Assembly (NCBI RefSeq): GCF_009914755.1
Contig: NC_060942.1
Strand: one strand, 5' to 3'
Length of the DNA stretch: 64,000 nt
Source: the human T2T-CHM13v2.0 reference genome, Homo sapiens
In this document: positions 14,263-29,559 of the stretch, in pieces
Position numbering within the stretch: the first letter of the stretch is position 1
Layout of the letters: each line of letters starts with the position of its first letter
Notes under the pieces: model-generated
The model's database searches: none
Seen by the model: only the letters and a program-made list of their open reading frames with translations
Told to the model about the DNA's origin: nothing
Program-made: the position numbers and the translations under genes

Positions 14263-14454
14263 TTAGAGTACAAATAAGATTATTTTTATTTCTGCCTCTC
14301 CAATTCACTAAGTCCCCAGCCTTTTCTAGATCCTCACCAAGATTCTCTTACATATACGTGCAAATATTTGGATATATGACCAACTTTTATCTTGTATTTA
14401 AGTGGTATCCAATAGAAGACAATGCACTCACACTTGTACACCACATGCATGACC

Positions 14455-14700
14455 TTAATTTTTTAATAGTCAAATTAACAAAAACACAAGTAAATACTTT
14501 TAATAATACATTTTATTTAACTCAATATATCTCAAATATTATATTTCCAACAAGTCAACATAAGGCATAGTAATGAGATATTTGATGTTTTAAATATTGT
14601 CTTTAAAATCAGTGTATTTTACACTTACAGTACATCTCAATTTGAAGTAGCCACGTGTCACATGCTGAGAAGCCACACGTGGCTAATGGCTTCTATAGGT
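14455..14700. mobile_element. hAT-Charlie MITE (MER3/MER33-like)
   Basis: tgtattttacacttacagtacatctcaattt..tagccacgtgtcacatgct..agccacacgtggcta motif. Confidence 0.7.
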
Positions 14701-14796
14701 TATTCTACCATACACACTATGGAGCACTTCATCTGCTCCATTTAGTATATTTTGCTCATATTCTTGAAGAGGATGGTGAGCTATGTCTCACTTTCT

Positions 14797-15082
14797 TTTT
14801 TTTTTGAAACGGAGTCTTGGTCTATCATCCAGGGTGGAGTGCAGTGGCGCGATCTCGGCTCACTGTAACCTCTGCCTCTTGGGTTCAAGCAATTCTGCCT
14901 CAGCCTCCCCAGTAGCTGGGATTACAGGTGCACGCCACCACACCCAGCTAATTTTGTATTTTTAGTAGAGATGGGGTTTTACCATGTTGGCCAGGCTGGT
15001 CTTGAACTCCTGACCTCGTGATCTGCCTGCCTCAGCCTCCCAAAGTGCTGAGATTACAGGCGTGAGCCACTGCGCCTGACTG
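14797..15082 (-). mobile_element. AluS
   Basis: Full dimer; perfect 17-bp TSD gctatgtctcactttct at 14780-14796 and 15083-15099. Confidence 0.95.
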
Positions 15083-17818
15083 GCTATGTCTCACTTTCTA
15101 AGGGCTCCATACCATTCCATTATATGGATGTTTCAAATAGGGCTTAAATGTCTCTCAATGCAAATGGAAAGATTAAGAAAGCTCTATACATTACGAATGA
15201 GATGAAACGTTACTGTGTTAAAGATGAGTAAGTGAAATTTCAGTTGTTATGCAATGGAAATTGAGACATTGGAAGTCTTAACAAATCAATATACAAAACC
15301 ATATTTAAATATGTTTTACTTGAGTATTAGGATTGAAAATCCTAAAAGATTGACTACTTTTAACTATAACTGGAAAAGATAAAGAAAGGAGGCTTAATAG
15401 AATCATCATCTACATCTTTATTGTGGCTTTGAGATTATTAGGTGTGATCTGGTAGTTATTTCCTTATAATTATTAAAAATATCAATAATATATTCCTTAT
15501 GAAATACAAAGTTATTTTCCTTGTAAATGCTTCAGATAATGTTCCAACACATTTGGGTTAACTCATATAGTCAGCATTGAAAGGCAATAGTTAAAATAAA
15601 TTATCAATTAGAAATGCAAATTAACTTCAAAACGTATGCCGAGATGTACACTCAAAGCTGAATGACTAGGCAAACCATGCTATTCCTTCTATACATGTAT
15701 AGGATCATTCAAGCTGCAATCTCTGAATCGAGTGTTGGAATCAGGAAGAGATTTGAAGTTGAGCTTAGTTGCTTTGGCCAAGATTCACTGACACAGGACT
15801 TAAGCATGCTCTGCTGTAGTGGGCTGAGCACTGATGCTCATAGATGCACACATATACTTTCTACCAGATGGAGTTAATTGGTTTGTTTGAATAGACAAAT
15901 TTCCCTACTTAACACTAATTAATAGTATTATTTCTTTTTAAATGCTGAATAGTTTTAAAGGCTACATTTACATGTACAAAAAAACCTTTGGGGTTTTTTT
16001 GAGAAATATGCCAATGTTTTATACTATTAGTTTTATTTTGAGGGAGGTGTTCAGGTAAGTGTTCAACCAGCTAATACTCGTCAATTCTAAAATAATATCA
16101 GAAGAGAATTCCTCTTTTAAAAAAACACTAAATTAATTGACCTTTCATTTTATTAGCATCCTTCTGGTAACTAGGCCTATATTTATTGACAAACATACAG
16201 GAATAAAATAATAATTATAAGATTAATATTAATAGACTTGGAGAAAAAATGGCAGATAAAGGTACTACGTAATGAGGATATGATTTTTATTTTTACAAAA
16301 CTCATGAACGCTCATCTGATTTAAATACTGACTTAACCCTTAAAATCTTTTAGAATGTGCCTTTAGTGTTTAAGGCCAAAAAAACAAAAGATTTATTTAT
16401 GAAAAACAACATAAAACAATCACTTTACTTTTTTATTTTATAAATATAACATTTTAATATTGATCATAATATAATAATAATAATATTTAAATCTCATTAA
16501 ATCTAACATATATCAGAAAATTTAGAATGAAAGGATTATCTTAGTCTAGAGATGAGGCTAATTTCCCTTTTAAATAGACAGCATTATAATTACTAATTTG
16601 ATCAGTGAAACTAAGGCATAAACACCTCTTCATTTGGAAAGTTAGTAATATAATTTTCCACCATGTCTTAATAGTACTATTCTTGTGTTAATATTTTATC
16701 TATTTAAAAACTTGTGAAAATAAATTAAATCCAGAGTGCCTGATTTTTCTCAAATTACAAAGTAGTGTTATAAAAATGAGATTACAGAAAATTACGACAC
16801 CTCATTCCCGGTAAAAGTAAGAAAGAAGTAAATTTTTAAAAAACTATCTACAGGATTTAAAAGACAAACGCATAAAAATAATTATAAACCTCTACTATTG
16901 GACACAAGTGTATAAAAATATAATGTGTGACTACAGCATACAGGGTGAAAAGACAGAGCTGTAGACATATGTAAATTTGGTATGCTATTGAAGTTATGTT
17001 GATATCAATTTAAATCAAGTTGTTACAAATTTAGGATTTTAAATGTAATCCCCATGGAAACCACAAATAAAATGTTTTAAAAATATACATAGAAGGAAAT
17101 GAGAAGAGAATCAAAAGAGTTTACTAAAAAAAAATCAACTAAACATAGAAGAATGAAGGAATGGAAGGAATGAAAGAAAAAGAACTATAAGACATAAAGG
17201 AAACAAATAATAAAATGACAGAAGGTAGAAATAAGTTTTCCCTTATCAATAATTGCTTTAAACGTAAATGGGTTATTTTAAAATAAAACACAACATGATA
17301 CAACTACACACTATCTCCCAGATACTCATTTTAGATCCAAGGACACAGTAGATTAAAAGTGAATGAATGGAAAATGATATTGTATGCAAATAATAATAAA
17401 AAGAAAGCTGAAGTGACTATCAATATCATGAAAAACAGACTGTATGTGAAAAAAAGATTACATACAACAAAGAAGGACATTACATATTGATAAGAATTTT
17501 AATTTCTCAGAAAGGTATAACAAAAACATACATACCAAATAAAACTGATCCCAAAATGTATGAAGCAAACATCGATAAAAAAAAGAAGGGAAAAGTAGGC
17601 AATTCTACAATAGTTGGAAATTTCAATACACCAGTTCCAATAATGGATAAAACATCTATATATAGATTAATAAGAGATAGATAACTTGTACAACACTATG
17701 AACCTACTAGACCTAAGAGATCTATATAAAACATTTCACCCAGCAGTAGCAGCACACTCATTATTTTCAGGTACACATGGAACATTCTGTAGGATAGATC
17801 AAATAGGCCACAAAACAA

Positions 17819-18492
17819 TTATTAGAGAAATGCAAATGAAATACCATCTCACACCAGTCAGAAAAGAGATTATTAAAAAGTCAAGAAACAACAGATGCTG
17901 ATGAGGTTGCAGAGAAATAGGAATGCTTTTACACTGTTGGTGGGAATGGAAATTAGTCCAACCACTGTTGAAGACAGTGTAGAGATTCCTCAAAGATTTA
18001 GAACCGGAAATATCATTTGACCCAGTAATTCCATTATTGGGTATATACCCAAAGAAATATAAATTATTCTATTATAAAGATACATGCATGTGTATGTTCA
18101 CTGCAGCTCTATTCACAATAGCAAATATATAGAAACAACCCAAATGCCCATCAATGATAAACTGGATAAAGAAGATGTGGTGCACCATGGAATACTATGC
18201 AGCCATAAAAAGGAACAAGATCATGTCTTTTGCAGGGACATGGATGAAGCTAGAAGCCATTATCCTCAGCAAACTAATGCAGGAATAGAACACCAAACAC
18301 TGCGTATTCCCACTTATAAGTGGGTGCTGAACAATGAGAACACATGGACACAGGGAGGGGAACAAAACTCACTGGGCTTAATACCTGGGTGATGGGTTGA
18401 TAGGTGCAGCAAACCATCATGGCACAGGTTTACCTATGTAAAAAACCTGCGTGTCCTGTACATGTACCCTGGAACTTAAAAAATAATAATAA
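17819..18492 (+). mobile_element. Younger L1PA 3' fragment nested in the old L1
   Basis: IREMQMKYHLTPVR.. ORF2 end plus L1PA 3'UTR (ggtgcagcaaaccatcatggcac..gaacttaaa), interrupting the host ORF2. Confidence 0.88.
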
Positions 18493-19588
18493 ACATAAAT
18501 TTAAAAATTGAAATAATATAATCTATCTTTTCTGACCACATGATATGAAGCTAGATATCAATAACAGAAGGAAAACTGAGAAATTCACAAATACATGGAA
18601 ATAAAATAATGTACTCAAAACCAATAAGTCAGAGAAAAATGTCACAAGAAAAGTTAAAAAAATACTTAGAGACAAATGAAAATAAAAACACAGCATATCA
18701 AAACTCATAGGTTTGAGTAAAGGCAATACCAAGGGAAATTTATATTATAAATGCATACCTTGAAAAAGAAGAAAGATTTCAAATTAAGAACCTAGTTTTA
18801 CATTTTGAGAAACTATAAAAAGCCAGCTAAACTGAAAGCTAGAAGAAGGAAGGAAATAATAAATATTAGAGTGGAGATAAATAAAAAAGAGAGTAATAAA
18901 ACAATAAAGACAGTCAACAAAACTAGATGTAGGGTCTTTGAAAACATCAACAAAATTGGCAACTCTTTAGCTAGACTGACCAAAATAAATAAAATCAGAA
19001 ATAAAACTGTTGACTATACTACCAACTTTACAGAAATGAAAAGGATTGTAAAATAATACTATGAACAATTTTATACTACCAAATTATAAAACCGAGAATA
19101 AATAGGCAATCTTTTGGGAACACACATATTACCTAAATTGATTCAAGAAAGAACAGAAATTTTCAACCATTTTGTAACAAGACATTGAAACAGTAATCAA
19201 AAACTTCCTAACAAGAAAAAGAACCAGTGGCTTTCCCAGTGAATTCTACCAAATATTTAAAAAACAAGTACCACCAATTCTTCTCAAGGTTTTCTATAAA
19301 ATTGAAAAGGAGGATACAGTTCCTGAATCATTCTAAGAGGCCAGCATTACTCAGATACAAAAGTGAGATAAAGACATCACCAGAAAAGAAAACCACAGGT
19401 CGATTTCCCTTGTGCATAGAGATTAAAAAAAGCCTCAAAGAAATATTAACAAATTGAATTCAAAAGCATATTAAAAGGATTATAAATCATGACTATGTGG
19501 GATTTATCCCAAAAATGCAATTGAGTTTCAAAAGCAAAAATCAATTAATGGAATACATAATATTAATGGAATAAAAAAATGCACAATA

Positions 19589-20071
<483 letters not shown>

Positions 20072-20924
20072 TCAGAAATAGGACAAGAATGTCCGCTTTC
20101 ACTGCTTCAATTAACATAGCATTGGAAGTCCTAGAAAGGGCACTTAGCCAAAACTAAGTAAATTAACTAATTAACAAACAGCATTCAAATTGGAAAGGAC
20201 TAAAATTTTCTCTGTGTGCAGATATAATCATCTTATACATGAAAAACCCTAAAGATTACACTAAAAGTAATAAAAAAAAAACCATTTAGAGCTAATAAAC
20301 AAAAGCAGAAACAATGCAGGATAGAAAATCTATACCCAAAAATCAAATGCGTATTTATACACTGGAAATCAGCAAATCAAAAAGGAAATTAAGAAAACAA
20401 TGCCACTTATAGCAGCATCTAAAATAATAAAATACTTAAGAATATATTTAGTCAAAGATATGAAAGATTTGTACCCTGAAAACTACAAGAAAAATGGTGA
20501 AAGAAATTAAAGACATTTTATTTAAAAAAGAAATGTATCCTGTTTTCTCAATTAGAAAACTTAATATTGTTAAGATGTCAATACTACCCAAAATGATCTA
20601 TATATATATACTCAACCCCAAACCTATCAATATACCAACATCCTTTTTTGCATAAATGAAAAATCTGATGTTTTAATCCATATGAAATTGCAAAGGGACC
20701 CAAGTAGCAAATCTAATATTTAAAAAGAAGAATAAGTCATAGTTCTTATATTTTTCAATTTCAAAACCTAGTACAAACTACAGTTACCAAAACAGTAAGG
20801 TATCGGCATAAGGAAAGACATATAGACCAAGGAAATAAAATTGAAAGTCAATAAATAAAACCTTATATTTATGGCCAACTTACTATTGGCAAAGGCCCAA
20901 AGTTCCTTTTCCATTAAATGGAAG

Positions 20925-21292
20925 AAGAACTCATGTAGAAATTTAATTGCCATTGTAATGGTATTCAGAGGCAAGACCCTTAAAAGCTGGATGGGTTATG
21001 AGTACTCTTCTCTCATAAAGTGATTAATGCTATTATCTCAGAAATGGGTTAGTAATTGCAGAAGTGGGCTCCTGAAGAAAGGATAGATTATTTGGTCCCA
21101 TTGTATATCTCTGTCTCACGTCCCTGCCTACCTATGCCCCATGGGATAATGCACAAGAATGCCCTTACCATCTGCCAGTGCCATGCTCTTGGACTTCCCA
21201 ACATCCAGAAATGTGAGCCACATAAACATCTGCTATTTATAAATTACCTATCTGTGGTATTTTACTACAGCAGCAGAAAGTAGACTAAGACA
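20925..21292 (+). mobile_element. MaLR LTR (MST-like) nested in L1
   Basis: aactcatgtagaaatttaattgcc.., ttggacttcccaacatccagaaatgtgag, and terminal gactaagaca. Confidence 0.8.
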
Positions 21293-22619
21293 AACAGTGT
21301 CTTCAAAAATGTGGCTGAGACAACTAGATTCCACATGCAAAAGAATATGTTGGATATCTCTTTCAAACCATGGTCATACCATACCATGTATAATAAAATG
21401 GCTCCCACTATCATACAACTTGATATCCTCAAAATGGATCAATGACCTAAATATCAGACCTAAAATCATAACTCTTCAAGGAAAACAAAGGAGCAAATCT
21501 TCATGACCTTGACTTTGACAATAGAATCTTAGGTGTGCCATCAAATGTGTGAGCAAAAAGAGAAAAACAACAAGATAAATTTGACTTAATATTAAAAACT
21601 TTCGTGATCAAAGAACATTATTAAGAAAGTGAAAGGAAAACCTGTATGGTCGGAGAAAATATTTGCAAATCATTTATCTGATAAAGGTTTAATATCCAGA
21701 ATAGACAAAGAACTCCTAGAATTTGTCTACAAAGAAATAGTAACCCAATTAAAAAATAGGCAAAGGCTTTTCTCTAGAGAATATACACATCAATAGCCAC
21801 TAAGCACATGAAAAGATTCTCAACACCATTAGTCCTAGGGAAATGCAAATCAGAACCAGAAGATATCCCTTCATGCCTTTTCTAGAATGGTTATAACAAC
21901 AGCAACACCAAAGGAGTAGGGGACCGGTGTGGGCAAAGATCTGGAGAAATCGGAACCCTCATACATTGCTGGTGAGAATGAAAAATGATGCAACTACTGT
22001 AAAAAATAGCTTGGCAGTTCCTCAGGAAACTAAAGATAGAATTACCATATGACCTAGCAATTTCATTTCTAGGCATATATCCAAAAGAATTAGAAACAGA
22101 GACTCAAACAGTTACTTGTACAACAATGTTCATCGGAGAATTATTTACAATAGTCAAAAGGTAGAAACAACCTGGGAGCTCAACAACAAATGAATGGATA
22201 AACAAAAAGTGGTATGTATTTGCAATGGAATATTATTCAGCTTTAAAAACGAATGAAATTCTGATAAATGCTACACCATAGACGGACTTTGAAAACATTT
22301 GGCTAAATGAAATTATCCAGACACAAAGGACAAATATTGTATGATTCCATTTATATGAAATAGCCAAATTCATAAGGGCTGAAAGTAAATTAGAGGAATC
22401 AGGTACTGGCAAAAGGAGGAATGTAGAGTAATTTTGTAATGGTTACAGAGATTCTGTTTGGGCAGTTAATAGAGTTTTGAAAATAGATAGTGATGACAGT
22501 TGCACGATATTGTGAATGCAAATAATGATATTAAATTGCATACTTATGATGGTTAAAATAACTACATATATACACATATATACAACTATCAAGTATGCAA
22601 CTTAATATCATTTTAATAT

Positions 22620-22950
22620 CATTATTTATACATTATTTATATATAAATAATTTAATATTTATAAATATATAAATAAATTTATATAATATATATATTATAT
22701 TATATATTATATATATTATATATTATATAATATATTATATATATTATATATTATATTATATATTATATATATTATATATTATATTATATATTATATATAT
22801 TATATATTATATAAATATAAATATAAATAAATAAAAATAAAATAATATATAATATAATATATATTATATATAAATAAAATATATATTTATATATAAAATA
22901 GAAAATTTATTTACACATTTATAAATATATAAATAATATAAATTATTTAT
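22620..22950. repeat. AT-rich (TATAT/TA)n low-complexity array
   Basis: Nearly 100% A/T, with a TATAT-periodic core ~22680-22812. Confidence 0.95.
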
Positions 22951-23339
22951 GTATAAAAAACGATATATATATAGCCCCATAAAAGTTGTTCAAAATTCTG
23001 CATATACACAAAAATAAAAAATAAACAAACAAAACAACAATAACAACAAACCTGGAAATCAGAAATTAGATGCATCCACGCTAGAAATCTTTGATTTGTA
23101 GGAATAGACCTGTAACAGGTAATGAACAAATTCAGACTTCTAATGTAATATTCCAAATGAAACAAAAATAAATTCTTTTCTGTGAAATTCTGACTTTCTA
23201 GATTATGACTTCTAAAAGAATTAATAATATAATATAAAATCACATGAGTCATTAAAATATTTTATACTAGATAATGAGCTCATAAGGACAAGGACCTTTT
23301 TTATTTTTAAAAACTACCGAGGATATAAATATTTTAGGT

Positions 23340-23600
23340 AAAGTAATATTTTTGGAAAAAAGCAACGATGTTTGTTGCTGTTTAACACTTTTGCAAATCT
23401 AATGTCTAGCTTAATAACAAAGTAGGATTCTCATATTTGGGTCTGCATTCAGTTTGGTAAGATACAATGTTTGGTTTGAAGAATATGAAGAAAATACAAA
23501 CTTACACACCTATGTAGTCGAAAAGGGAGGATCTAGCAGACCCTGAACTACATCTCAGAGACTCCGGGAGACTTCAAGTCACAGTTTAGGAGCCAGACAT
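23340..23600. mobile_element. hAT-Charlie DNA transposon fragment
   Basis: tttgcaaatctaatgtctagcttaata..gattctcatat..ctgcattca..tatgaagaaaat..tatgtag..aaaagggagga resembles Charlie1-family sequence. Confidence 0.55.
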
Positions 23601-23822
23601 CTATCTGGAAACAATTTTACCAAAAAGACAAGAAGACATTTATAAAAGACATAGATGACCTAGATTCTATCTAGAGTTATTCTCATTTTCCAGGACTCAT
23701 AGGAATGACACTTTTTGTTGTTGTTTAAGGAAACAATCACAGATACACCTATTTTGGGATAGATTCTTTTCTTCTGTTTTCCTACAAAACTTTGGCTTAT
23801 CTCCATCCCTGTCTCATCATTT

Positions 23823-24252
23823 TGAGGAAGGAGAATAGGGTCCGCAGGAAGGAAACCTAAGGCTAATTTGTTCTGACTTCCTAGAACTGAATCAAAAGGA
23901 AAACCCCACCTGTCCACATCCAAGTAACAAGAGGATCAGAGGCTACTCCCTTTGCACTGCTTCCCAGATAACAAATGGAAAGTACCTCTGATTGGTCCCC
24001 TCCCAGAACCAATCAGATTGGTCATGAGCCATCTTCATTTATATAGGGTGTAACTTTGTAACCACTTCAGCTCTCATTAGTTTCCTTCCACAACCAATCA
24101 GACTGGTTGCAAGCCAAGTCTTAATTTACATATGGTGTAACGAAGTAACCAGTGAGAAACCTGTAGAGGGTATTTAAACCCCAGAAAATTCTGTAACCAG
24201 CACTCTTGAGCCCCTTGCTCAAGCCCGCTACCACTCTGTGGAGTGTGTTTTC
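23823..24252 (+). mobile_element. ERV1 LTR, MER51-like, 3'-truncated
   Basis: Start tgaggaaggagaatagggtc..aacctaaggc..ctgacttcctagaactgaatcaaaaggaaaacccc; multiple CCAAT boxes; TATTTAAA at 24171. Confidence 0.8.
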
Positions 24253-24727
24253 TAACAGTATTGTTTTAATTACTGTTTGTCTCAATACGTTGCCATTCTT
24301 TACAGGGCATGGGAAATGTCTTTCCACTAGATAGAACCATGACAGAAGTTAAGAGTACAAGGAATCACTTGGAAGCATGTATAAATGATTAGTTGAATGC
24401 ACACAATATTAGAGCAAAATATTTAAAGTTGTATTTAAAAGGAAACAGCATATCTTCTGGTAAGACTAGGAAATCATCAAAGTGTTCATGTCGTCAGAGG
24501 ATTTGGCAGGCTAGCAAGTGAGAGGCTTATATTCATCCACCTCTGGGGGAGAATTTCACATCTCGTAGACCTCCTGCTGGTATCCTTGACAGTTAACCAG
24601 CAAGTTTCTTTCTTTATTTTTTCAGTTTGCTGATGTGGTTTCAATGGTGGCATTGTTTTTATACTAATATTACTATTTAGAATCTGAAAACTATTTTTAT
24701 AAAATTATTCAGTTTGTTTAGGAATAA

Positions 24728-25083
<356 letters not shown>

Positions 25084-28000
25084 AACCATCTCTTATAATA
25101 ATAAAGCAATCATTCTTTCGAGTCACTTATCTGGCTACCTCCTAGCAAAACTTCTTACACATCTCCCAAATCCTTGACAAGGTAATTTCGTCAATGCCAT
25201 TTAATTTAATCTTAATTTTGCTATAGTTTTGTATTGATAGTAAAATTGTGACTTTCAGTTTGTGCATGCATATGTGTATGCATGAGACACAAACAGAAAA
25301 ATATTATATGACCTGTAGAATAAAAATATTAAATATTTTCTTGCAATTTTTGTAGAGACTTTACCTTTTTCCAGTTGCTTGATTTTACTTAAATTTTACT
25401 CTCCTCCTTTTACAGTAACGTATAAGCAAGTACAATACAAATGAGTTGCTCAAATTTATATAATTAGCATAGAGTGAAACCTCCTGGACCTGTACTCTCT
25501 GTCATGAAATTACTTTGCCTCCTTTCTCTTCCTCTCACCAACTCAATCTCATTACCATAGATGTGCGTTTGCTCTTTCTTTTGGTGTTTTGGATGAAAGC
25601 ATAGTTGACTTTGTAGATCTTGCATAATGAAGCATTTGGTAGAAGTCCCGAAGTGGCTGGCATTCTTGTGAGTTTGCTCCACAGCTCAGTACAGATGGCA
25701 GCAGCGCTGATGAAATGATAGCTTCATGTACACATTGAGCCGCAGGGACAACGTATTCCCTTGTGTTTCTAGTACCAAAACCCACCTGGGAAAGGAATTA
25801 CCTTACTCAGGGGAACGGTGGCTATTTGTGAGGCGGCCACTGGGTGGGGCAAAAGTGCATCCTTTGTAAGAGGCCACTGACCTAATTGACGAGTATAACA
25901 ATAAGCTAAAAGTGTTTCCCAAGTTCATGTTTGAAAACAAATTGGAAGACTTAAATTCAGATTCTAAGGAAGGTCTGAATTTTTATTATCTAGCATACCT
26001 CCTTTATAGTATTTTTATTAATTGCACATATCTTTGCACATGTTAGAGAGGATTGCTCTCTCACACACAGTACAAGAACTAAGCACGATCATTAATTTGT
26101 ATAATAGAAAGTAAAATACCAAGTTATTGTCATGTATAATAAAATTTTGTATCAAATAGATCTTATCTGCTGAGTGTTTGTCTTTCTTAGCATGTATAAT
26201 TTTGCTTCAGTGTGGCAATTTAAAAAATGATAGTTTATTGCATTTTTCTTCTTAGTTCTATTGCTTTGTGATTGTTGTAGTTACATTCATCAAACACTAC
26301 ATTCATATGCAGCAACATAATTGTGGCCATTCAGTATCTATAATCACTTACAGAGAATGAGTGGGAATTAGCCCTTAGTTGGAGTGTCTAAAGAGGGAAA
26401 GAGTGAGTGTTAGTGTTTCAGAACAGATGAGCCATTTTCTACCTTTAGATTTCTTGCAGAATTTGTGCCTAGTCTGATTTTCTTTAGATTGAGAAAAATG
26501 CTTGTATCTTTGATGCATTTAAATAAGTACATTATACAAGTGTTCTATTCAGGTGAAATATAGTATAATGTAGCAGTTTTTAAAGAGAGTCACTGCCTAA
26601 AAATCCAGTGCAATAAGTCTGATTCTCACAGACTTTCTGAAAAAAAAAAAGTTGCTTTAAAAATAGTTTTACATATGAAAGACTCCTAACCTTCATGTAT
26701 GTTAGTAACAAATGTGGAAATGCCAACTGAAAATGATACTATCACAAACATTTCAACATTAAATTAAATTAAAACATTTAGTGATGTGTCTGGATGTATT
26801 GAGTGGTTTTGTTTTTGTTTTTCTCTCTTTGTCTGTGAAGCAGGACTCCTCTTCCTTACAAATGTGAGAAGATAGGTGCAGAGATATTGAAGTACACAAT
26901 TTGGAAAAAGGAAATAAATCAATATTGAATGGTATTTTTCTTTTCCTTTTCAATTTTCCTTTTCATTTGTTTATTGCCAAGAATTATTGCCAAGAAATTT
27001 CCTTTTCGTTTTTTATTGTCAGTTTTAAGATGAAGCATTTTTAGAATAAAGTCCTTGACTTTATTTTGTATTTATTTGTTATAGCTTAGAGATTTATTCA
27101 TAACAATCTACACAGTGAGTACATAAGATATTCAACTTTTCCATATACAACCTCATTTTACATATGTTATAAAAGTGTTGCAAAATAGCTGAAAATTGCA
27201 TTCAGCAATAAAACGTGCTGTAGTCAATGTTTCCACTATTCTATTACAACTGAATGGATAAAGCACCATCTTAGCATGATTATTCCTCAGCCTCATTTGT
27301 GGCCTCTGAGTAATGTTAGAGAATGGTTCACTAACAACTTTATGAATCAAGATGACACAACTCTAAAACAAATTGGCCAGTCTAGATATATCATGGAAAC
27401 GCTATGGGTATCAAGATGTGGGTAGAGAAAACAAGAAAATAAATGAGGCTTTGTGAGAAATACCAATAGTAGCAATAATAATAAAGATCAAGGTAATAAC
27501 ATAAAATAAGAATGCAAATCCCACATACAGAACAATGTACCTAGTCTGCCCTAAGAGATACATATTCCCTAAGTCCAATCCCTATACTTCCACAATACAA
27601 GGTTTATTCCCATTAGCAGATGTGAAAGCAGCAAAGTGAAGAAATACAGTTTTCCCAAGATTAGCTCGAAAATTAGTGACAGAGGGGTGGTTCCAGGATG
27701 CATTTAGTATGACTATAAAATTAAAAGTAAGAAAATATAGATATTTTATACTTGTTCAGTGCTCTACAGTTTACAACGTGCTTTCATACCACTATTTGAT
27801 TCTTTCTGGAATCCTAGGAGATAACAGATATTATTACTAACCCTGTGGTACAGAGGAATTAGTGGATACTTAAAATAACAATAATGACATGCCTAATAAA
27901 GCACAGAGGCTAAGGGGGTAGGAAACTAGCTCAGTGCTCTCTCCATCAAATCACACCAGCTGGCTTGGAGAACTGACTGAAAGAAAATAATATAGATATA

Positions 28001-28229
28001 TGGGGAGAAGGAATATATATATATATATATCCTGGAGGCCAATTTAGACAAGGATTTACGGCTTTTTATATTTATCCTTGTTTTACAGGTTACTAGAAGA
28101 AATGTGCCTGGAGAGGAACCATGGGGGGAAAAGTGGAAGAAATAAAGGTAGCTTACAAAGGCTTCGTGTGCTGGCAGAGATCTGGAAGAGCTAAATCTGC
28201 CAGCAGTTAAGGGAGGCAATGAGTTATTC

Positions 28230-28410
28230 AGAAAAAAGCTCTGGGCCTGCAGTCAGCAGATATGGGTTCGAGGACAGGCTTTGACATTAAACAAGCTGAA
28301 AGATCTTTGAGTCACCTAATATCTTGGGGACTTATTTTTCTCACTTGTAAAATGAGAAGATTGAATTTTATGATGTGCAATGGATTTACCAACTCCAAAA
28401 AGTTATGATT
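28230..28410. mobile_element. MIR fragment
   Basis: gagtcacctaatatcttgggga..ttttctcacttgtaaaatgagaag MIR core. Confidence 0.6.
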
Positions 28411-29559
28411 GTAGCATCTAATTATATTTCAAGCCTTATTAGAAAGCTATCACTGATACAGGAACAACTCCAGTGGGCCCTCCAAAGCAGGAAAAGTCCC
28501 AGGAGGAATGCTGGCACTTACACCTAACCCTAAGCATCAAAATTGGCAGCAATAGTATTAACCTGCTAATTTATTTTGTACTTGTCTTCCTTGCAATTAA
28601 ATCAGTTGAGGAATAAAAGGAAGCTTCTGAGGCAATAAGGAGATCAAAGAAAAAAAATTGGAAGCAAATGATTCTTCTAAATTTTCTTACCCCTCAAGTA
28701 GAGGTTGTATCTGCAGGACTGCTTTGATACTAGATTACGGATTCGAAGAAATAAACCAATAACATCATATTGTTTGAGGCAACTGAGCCACATTTCCCTC
28801 TCATACTTTCTGGTCACCTTAAGTCCAGGAAAACTTTATTCTCTCCATTCAAATGATGATCATCTGCCTCTCTGCTCTTAACATATAACAACAAAGAGAG
28901 AACGCTGCTGTTGAGACCTCCCCAATTATTTGTGGCTGTTTTGTCTACATGTATCACAGAAACTCAGGAACAGGTATTCCAGATCTCTAAAAAGACAATG
29001 CCTCTGTCCTTCCAAAATATATCTACATCCAAAATTTTCAGTATAGGCATTTTGGGTATTGGTAGGGGCAGTTCTGCTCCCCCCACCAAGCATTTACATA
29101 TTGAAATATACATTATTTTATTATAAACTACTTTTTAAATTTCTCATTAATTTTTTTGGTATATTATATGGATAATTTTTGGTTATTGTGAGTGTATAGG
29201 TGGGTTTACTATCTATGAATTCCATTTCACGATATTGAATAACTATTATACAGTACTTATTATGAAAGTAATTATTGGGTCTTATAGGAATCTTGCTCAC
29301 TGGTCTAATACAACTCACATTATTGATGAAAGGTTTACAGTCCAGGTTGGGCAGACCACAATGCTTCCCTTAGCTCCAGTGTTCCTTTAACATTTGTGAT
29401 TAACCAGCTTTCTAACTGACCAGGATTAGAAGGTCATCTGATATTTTATATATTCTCATATGGATTGAAAAACATGGGCAAAAAAAAAAATCTCAAATCA
29501 GTGCTGCTACATCTCCAGCAGAAAGGTAGTTGGCTCAGCTAACATTTACTGTACTCATA

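Noticed and set aside
26971-26996. 13-bp tandem duplication ttattgccaagaa
   Set aside because: Common small slippage event with no supporting context.
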